DNA of 40,887 bases, from positions 1 to 40,887 of IMG/VR virus record IMGVR_UViG_3300005326_000080; one strand, written 5' to 3'. Below, in pieces: positions 36,222 to 40,887 of the stretch; the stretch's first letter is position 1; each line of letters opens with the position of its first letter. The position numbers and the translations under genes were made by a program. The notes beneath the pieces were generated by a model that had not been told where the DNA came from, ran no database searches, and saw nothing but the letters and a program-made list of their open reading frames with translations. The stretch comes from a virus (Duplodnaviria > Caudoviricetes).

Positions 36222-36976
36222 GGCATATCCTCTCTCGGTAGACTCGCTATATACTCGCTCCACCGTTCCTTAAACAGTTCTTTCCCTTGCAGTTCTTTCT
36301 TGTACCAGTACGGGTTCTTGTTCTCCGGCTTGTTCCCTCGCGTTTGTCCTTCAAGGTGGACGGCCACGGCTTTCGGGTCATAGGTTATAGGGATGCCAGC
36401 CAGGTGCGCCCGCAAGCAATAATCTATGTCCTCCCACGCTATAAAATACTCTTCATGCAGGACTCCAATCGAGTTTAATACGTGCCATGATATGCCCACG
36501 AGAGCGAACGTAACAGCAAGAACTTCTTTCTCTTCGTTAAACGCATCCTCGACTGCTCCTACGCCGATATGAACGGGGGCCATCCCATAAAGTCTGACTC
36601 CGGCATGTTGTATCGACCGGTTCGGATAAAGAAGTTTAGCTCCCACTATCCCGCCCGTGTTGGTCATCTTGGTCGCGATTTCTTCCAAACAACCGGGGTC
36701 GGGGAAACAGTCATTATTCAAGATAATAATATCGCCCTGCCTCTTTGTTGCCGCTATCCCCGCATTGACTGTGCGCGAGAAACCTCGGTTAATTGGGCTT
36801 CTGATGTAGGTAGCTTTCATATCCTTAACAGATTGCTTTATACGAGCGGCGGGTCGTTCGTCTGACCCATCATCCATGACATATACGGGCCAATCGACTT
36901 GTTCGCGGACACGCTCTAGGCAGGCGCGAGTCAATATGCTATGGTTATGAACCGGGATTATGATGCTGGCCGTCAT
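36218..36976 (-). CDS. GT2-family glycosyltransferase
   Basis: SIIIPVHN, DDGS, NRGF..TVNAG, LNND, QHAG, EDIDYCLR. Confidence 0.9.
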   Translation of the reverse strand: MTASIIIPVHNHSILTRACLERVREQVDWPVYVMDDGSDERPAARIKQSVKDMKATYIRSPINRGFSRTVNAGIAATKRQGDIIILNNDCFPDPGCLEEIATKMTNTGGIVGAKLLYPNRSIQHAGVRLYGMAPVHIGVGAVEDAFNEEKEVLAVTFALVGISWHVLNSIGVLHEEYFIAWEDIDYCLRAHLAGIPITYDPKAVAVHLEGQTRGNKPENKNPYWYKKELQGKELFKERWSEYIASLPREDMP

Positions 36977-37281
36977 CGTTGTATGTTCTTTTCTGCGGCA
37001 TAGCTCGTTTTAAAAGCTATCCCGATATCGTAATGCCCCAGCCCTTCTTTGAGCACCGTTATGTCTGTCACTTGCCGACGGATATCCTCGCCGGTATCCG
37101 CGTCTATAAGGACGATGGTGATGCTGTCCTTTATAGCAAGACCTTCCAGTTTCTTAATCTCCGTCCATTCTTCTGCGGTTAATGTACGCACGGTGTATGG
37201 CTTATCGCCGGACGCTTCCTTAACCCAATTCTCGTGGCATGACTTGAATGTGACCTCTAGTGCTTCTTGGTTTACTTTCAT
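36973..37281 (-). CDS. ASCH/PUA-like domain protein (tentative)
   Basis: FKS......SGDKPYTVR...RQVTDIT resembles ASCH-like phage proteins. Confidence 0.45.
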   Translation of the reverse strand: MKVNQEALEVTFKSCHENWVKEASGDKPYTVRTLTAEEWTEIKKLEGLAIKDSITIVLIDADTGEDIRRQVTDITVLKEGLGHYDIGIAFKTSYAAEKNIQR

Positions 37282-37296
37282 GCTACCTCCTGGCTT

Positions 37297-37578
37297 TCAA
37301 CCATTGACTCTACCTGATTCCCTTAACGCTCTACCGCTTAGATATTTTTGTCCAGCTTCAAACGCATATAGTTCTCGAAGAGTTGTTTCGTTCTGTCCTT
37401 TCGGCACTACCCTCTCCGTTTCAAGGTTGTAGAGGGCGTGGGTGAAGGGGTTGTATTCCTCCGCCAAAAATGCTTTTCCCCGTGGACATTCACAGGGGTA
37501 ATATACATCAATGAAACTCTGGTCTTTTAATTGGAACTTCCCAGTCGTGCAACTTTCTCCGCAAATAGGGCAAATCAT
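37297..37578 (-). CDS. Cys-containing hypothetical protein
   Basis: Start moved to MICPICGESC after SD GAGGGGG; PCEC. Confidence 0.6.
   Translation of the reverse strand: MICPICGESCTTGKFQLKDQSFIDVYYPCECPRGKAFLAEEYNPFTHALYNLETERVVPKGQNETTLRELYAFEAGQKYLSGRALRESGRVNG
37398..37455. repeat. 58-bp imperfect direct repeat, copy 1
   Basis: 25 bp identical to 37936-37960, extending with mismatches to 37993. Confidence 0.85.
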
Positions 37579-37682
37579 ACTAACCCCCTCTCCCTGCCTT
37601 TGTCTATTACGGCAGCAAGAACCAAAATCGCAAGCCCTATCATTCCAAGTGTGAACAAGGTCGTTTCCGCCCATTCTGGCAT
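37575..37682 (-). CDS. Small membrane peptide (35 aa)
   Basis: MPEWAETTLFTLGMIGLAILVLAAVIDKGRERGLV; ATGA overlap with the next gene. Confidence 0.5.
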   Translation of the reverse strand: MPEWAETTLFTLGMIGLAILVLAAVIDKGRERGLV

Positions 37683-37690
37683 TCTTCTTC

Positions 37691-38080
37691 TCATTTCCCC
37701 TCCAAATAATCTTGAAAATCCCTGCCGGTAAGTTCCAATACCTTTTGTAGACGGACGATTACTCCATTAAGTCTGCCCGCAAGGTTCGGGTGTCCCCTTC
37801 TTACACGTTCAGATTTCCAAAAAGATAGTGCTTGCAAGGATTTCTCCAAATCCTCCCTCTTTACCCCCACCTCATCGAGAGCAACCCAACGTCCAGCAGG
37901 TAGACCATCTTTGACAAGATACTGCGGAGTTTCCTCTTTCGGCACTACCCTCTCCGTTTCGGGATTGTAAAGGGCGTGGGTTTCGGGATTGTATGTCTCA
38001 ACCTTTAGAAACTCGCAACAATGGTCAAGCATTTCAACCGCAAACTCATAACAGATTTTGTCTAGCTCTTTATCACTCAT
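37691..38080 (-). CDS. Hypothetical protein
   Basis: SD GGAGG; overlapping start/stop chain. Confidence 0.65.
   Translation of the reverse strand: MSDKELDKICYEFAVEMLDHCCEFLKVETYNPETHALYNPETERVVPKEETPQYLVKDGLPAGRWVALDEVGVKREDLEKSLQALSFWKSERVRRGHPNLAGRLNGVIVRLQKVLELTGRDFQDYLEGK
37936..37993. repeat. 58-bp imperfect direct repeat, copy 2
   Basis: Matches 37398-37455. Confidence 0.85.
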
Positions 38081-38441
38081 CTAATCCAGCCTCCTTTTTG
38101 GTCTTAAACTGAAAGAAATCATATCCAGAATTGTCATCGTAAGCAGGAACGCCAAGTAGTTCGGCAAATTGTTTCTTCTGCTTATCGTGGCTTGTCGTGT
38201 CTTGGCAACAAGAACAGCCCTCTGAATACATATAATCTGCGAGTAATTGTCTGACTACTTCTTTCCGCACCAACCCCACTCCCTCTAATTCTTTATCAAG
38301 TGAGCCGTCTGCCACCATCTTTGCGAAGTTGCGCCACATATGAGTCGGGCTTTCTTTTCTTAATTCGCCGTCCTCATCAAGAACGGTTTCAACATAAACT
38401 TCCATAAGCCTTTCGCCCAACTCCTCTACTTCTTTATTCAT
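38073..38441 (-). CDS. Hypothetical protein
   Basis: SD AGGAGG; ADYMYSEGCSCC motif. Confidence 0.7.
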   Translation of the reverse strand: MNKEVEELGERLMEVYVETVLDEDGELRKESPTHMWRNFAKMVADGSLDKELEGVGLVRKEVVRQLLADYMYSEGCSCCQDTTSHDKQKKQFAELLGVPAYDDNSGYDFFQFKTKKEAGLDE

Positions 38442-38712
38442 TTCCAGCCTCCTTTAGGCAGGGGGTCGCTTCACTTTTGGGATACTGCGGACAACGCCTA
38501 ACCTCATCACACTCAAAACAATTTTCCCTATCCACCATCACCATTCCTGTGGCTTGTTCTATGAGCCTTTGTAAGTCTTTGTCTGTGGCTATGGCTTGGG
38601 CGATATTAAGCCAAATATCATCGGTATAAAGCACGTCTAATCGTGGCTCATAACCAACGCCCTGTTTTTGTAATTCCTTATACAACGCCTTTATCGCTTT
38701 GTCATTCATCAT
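38434..38712 (-). CDS. Hypothetical protein with Cys-rich tail
   Basis: SD GGAGGG; CFEC...C...C. Confidence 0.65.
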   Translation of the reverse strand: MMNDKAIKALYKELQKQGVGYEPRLDVLYTDDIWLNIAQAIATDKDLQRLIEQATGMVMVDRENCFECDEVRRCPQYPKSEATPCLKEAGNE

Positions 38713-38736
38713 TCCCTCCTAGTAGGTCATTCATTC

Positions 38737-38928
38737 CTAAACAGCTCCTTTAGTTTTGTAAAATGAAAAACATAGCTGATGATAGCCAAGCTGAAACCAA
38801 ATCATCATCGGGTTAATCGCTGTGAAATAATCATTTCTAACACCTTGAACCCTTGCGTCCATCGGTATCGGCATAGAAAGACAGCACCCCAAGTTCCAAG
38901 AAATAATCCTATGGTGGTCTATCTTCAT
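38737..38928 (-). CDS. Hypothetical protein
   Basis: ATGA coupling with the upstream gene. Confidence 0.5.
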   Translation of the reverse strand: MKIDHHRIISWNLGCCLSMPIPMDARVQGVRNDYFTAINPMMIWFQLGYHQLCFSFYKTKGAV

Positions 38929-39131
38929 TCCCCTATCTCCTTTCCTATTTTTTCAAGTTCAATTCCCCGAATTGGAGTATCTAAAAACTGAATTGGACTA
39001 TGGCTGGCTCGGAGAGCGCCCAAGATTATTTGCTGGTCTTGTTCAGATACAACGGCTTGGTAAACCTTTCCGTCTGTTGATTGAGCCAAGACACAGATAG
39101 TTCTCGTATCTATCCTCGGTATGGGTTTCAT
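38925..39131 (-). CDS. Hypothetical protein
   Basis: SD AAGGAG; ATGA coupling. Confidence 0.6.
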   Translation of the reverse strand: MKPIPRIDTRTICVLAQSTDGKVYQAVVSEQDQQIILGALRASHSPIQFLDTPIRGIELEKIGKEIGE

Positions 39132-39355
39132 TTAGACTCCTTGAAGTCAATTTCAAATGCTCCATTTACCTCTATCATTGGAGTGCTTGCGTTTAGGTGG
39201 ACTACCTCGCCCCTATCGGTTCTGATATGAGAATACATACCGTCTATATGGTTGAATATTGCCATTGTTTCTTTGCCATTTACCTCTAAACGAACGGGCA
39301 GCGTTCCATCATACTTCCCCCTTTCCTTTACAGACCTTTCCCTCTGTAATCTCAA
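39128..39355 (-). CDS. Hypothetical protein (start uncertain)
   Basis: HIDGMYSH...VVHLNASTP; the nearby SD-ATG pairs lie in other frames. Confidence 0.5.
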   Translation of the reverse strand: MRLQRERSVKERGKYDGTLPVRLEVNGKETMAIFNHIDGMYSHIRTDRGEVVHLNASTPMIEVNGAFEIDFKESK

Positions 39356-39358
39356 TGG

Positions 39359-39424
39359 TTACGAACATTTAAGACCTCCCATAACGGCTTGGACTTTCCC
39401 CGAAAACATACTGAAATAGTTCAA
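39359..39424 (-). pseudogene. Possible deletion remnant of a C5 DNA methyltransferase
   Basis: 21-codon ORF (M)NYFSMFSGKVQAVMGGLKCS with TTGA coupling; first 9 residues resemble the start of C5-MTase motif I. Confidence 0.3.
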
Positions 39425-39729
39425 TCCTCTACGTTCCTTGCTTCCATCTCCTCGTAGTCGAACTCGCGCTCGATCACTCGCCGGTAGGTCTTTGGGGGAA
39501 CAGTCACTACCCCGTGTTCCTCGTGGACGAGCTCGCCCGTACGGACGGACATATAAAGCGTTCCGTCCAGCTCGTATAAATCAAAGTCCCCCTCTATAAC
39601 GTGGGTGTTGACACCCTCGCCCCTTAGCAAGATATGGCTCTTGCCCGTTTTGACAGACCTTGCGTCCTCCGGTATCGTGTCCTCGACTAGAATCAAATCG
39701 CCCTGCTGTATCTCTACTTTCTTGTTCAT
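39421..39729 (-). CDS. Conserved phage protein usually paired with DUF6745 proteins
   Basis: QQGDL, RGEGVNTH, HEEH, P.KTY....REFD motifs. Confidence 0.75.
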   Translation of the reverse strand: MNKKVEIQQGDLILVEDTIPEDARSVKTGKSHILLRGEGVNTHVIEGDFDLYELDGTLYMSVRTGELVHEEHGVVTVPPKTYRRVIEREFDYEEMEARNVED

Positions 39730-39739
39730 ATTTCCCCCT

Positions 39740-40887
39740 TTAGGAAACGTAAGACGGTAGGTTCACTATGACCTCCGCCTCTTTCACGGCTGACCAATCA
39801 TTTAAATCTTCCTGCTCTACCATCCCTAAAATCCAAGCCCTTGCCTGAAGGGATGAGGTTACTTCGGGAGGGACGGGTTTGGCGTAGAAAACGTCTTTCA
39901 TGCTTGCGTGTTCGAAGTAGAGGTATTTCCTTTGGATGTTATCGAGGTTCATATCCATCAGTTGATATTTCATCCCCGTAGCTGGGTCGTCCCAATCATC
40001 CAGGGTCTTTGCACCACATTCCTTTAAGACTCTTTCGGGGCCAATCTTGCGGATAAGTTCTCTTTGTATGTCCGTGTTTTTTTCTTTAAGGACTAGTTTT
40101 GGGTCGAGTTGGGATGAGGGGGTTTCTGCCATTTCCTTTGACACTTCGACTCCGTTAAGATGCCACATAGCATATCCATCCCTCCAAATGATAGATGGCC
40201 CCCCGTCTTTGTGAAGTCGCTTGCTATCATTCAGATTCAGTTGTTCAGGTTTTTGACAATCAATGCACATCCCCGTAAGTGTTATCTGATACCAAGAAAT
40301 CTGTTTGTCGTATTCCATCAGCTCAAGGATGTTATGTGTTGGTTCGATAGCCCCTATGCGGATGAAGTAGTCTACAAACGCGAGCCAGCCGATATCCCAA
40401 AGCGAATACCGGGATGAGGGAGAGAAGAAATCGTTCGACCAGATGTTCGACCAGATGTTCGACTCGATGTTCGACTCGATGTTCGACCTGATGTTCGACC
40501 CGATGTTCGACCAGATGTTCGACCTGATGTTCGACCAGATGTTCGACCTGATGTTCGACTCGATGTTCGACCAGATGTTCGACCTGATGTTCGACCCGAT
40601 GTTCGACCTGATGTTCGACCAGATGTTCGACCCGATGTTCGACCCGATGTTCGACCCGATGTTCGACCTGATGTTCGACCAGATGTTCGACTCGATGTTC
40701 GACCCGATGTTCGACCTGATGTTCGACTCGATGTTCGACCAGATGTTCGACCTGATGTTCGACTCGATGTTCGACCTGATGTTCGACCCGATGTTCGACC
40801 TGATGTTCGACCAGATGTTCGACTCGATGTTCGACCCGATGTTCGACCATTCTATTTCGGGCAACATCTTAGGTATAATATTGGCCG
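39740..40887 (-). CDS. DUF6745-like protein, repeat region and C-terminal domain (starts at 316 across the junction)
   Basis: [50 protein letters not shown]. Confidence 0.85.
   Translation of the reverse strand, partial: ANIIPKMLPEIEWSNIGSNIESNIWSNIRSNIGSNIRSNIESNIRSNIWSNIESNIRSNIGSNIESNIWSNIRSNIGSNIGSNIGSNIWSNIRSNIGSNIRSNIWSNIESNIRSNIWSNIRSNIWSNIGSNIRSNIESNIESNIWSNIWSNDFFSPSSRYSLWDIGWLAFVDYFIRIGAIEPTHNILELMEYDKQISWYQITLTGMCIDCQKPEQLNLNDSKRLHKDGGPSIIWRDGYAMWHLNGVEVSKEMAETPSSQLDPKLVLKEKNTDIQRELIRKIGPERVLKECGAKTLDDWDDPATGMKYQLMDMNLDNIQRKYLYFEHASMKDVFYAKPVPPEVTSSLQARAWILGMVEQEDLNDWSAVKEAEVIVNLPSYVS
40433..40846 (-). repeat. Coding 12-bp tandem array, 34 units of TCGAACATC+(TGG/AGG/GGG/GAG)
   Basis: Encodes SNI[W/R/G/E]; copy number uncertain because the contig closes inside the array. 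Confidence 0.95.
40765..40887. repeat. Terminal direct repeat, right copy
   Basis: Identical to 1-123. Confidence 0.95.

Noticed and set aside
37398-37993. Template/variable repeat pair of a diversity-generating retroelement
   Set aside because: Mismatches are not confined to adenines, both copies are coding, and no reverse transcriptase is present
40433-40846. 12-bp array as a CRISPR array or non-coding repeat
   Set aside because: No unique spacers; units are contiguous, in frame and inside a protein with recognisable N- and C-terminal domains; no cas operon
1-40887. Stop-codon reassignment, tRNA genes, introns or inteins
   Set aside because: The standard code gives dense, full-length genes with all three stops in use; no cloverleaf noticed; terL, portal and capsid are of ordinary length

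Overview
The window looks like a complete, circularly assembled ~40.8 kb tailed-phage genome. Bases 1-123 are identical to 40765-40887, giving a unit length of 40,764 bp. Podovirus-like morphology is inferred from a P22-like portal, nozzle and ejection proteins and the absence of a tape measure. A ~0.9 kb non-coding control region (8360-9290) separates two divergent arms. The leftward arm starts at a near-consensus sigma70 promoter and carries a GC-richer early cassette (ArdC-like protein, DUF3768-like protein, small ORFs, RHH and HTH regulators), then recombination/replication genes (Fe-S PD-(D/E)XK exonuclease, RecT/Bet-like protein, replication initiator, RusA) and a membrane-anchored lytic transglycosylase. 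It continues across the contig junction into a DUF6745-like protein with 34 tetrapeptide repeats and many small ORFs. It ends in a translationally coupled GT2 / B12-radical SAM / Zn-finger / methyltransferase / GT2-GT4 / RRM cluster. The rightward arm holds packaging, capsid, a further glycosyltransferase, tail/receptor-binding, ejection and lysis genes. I recognised no integrase, DNA polymerase, helicase, tRNA, CRISPR array or reverse transcriptase. The most notable items are the glycosyltransferase/methylation/RRM system, two related iteron-like arrays whose motif recurs in the early promoter, a covarying intergenic hairpin repeat, the four-variant coding repeat, a likely internal start in the endolysin, a possible DNA-methyltransferase deletion scar and apparent GATC avoidance. 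All family assignments come from motif recognition by eye, not database searches.
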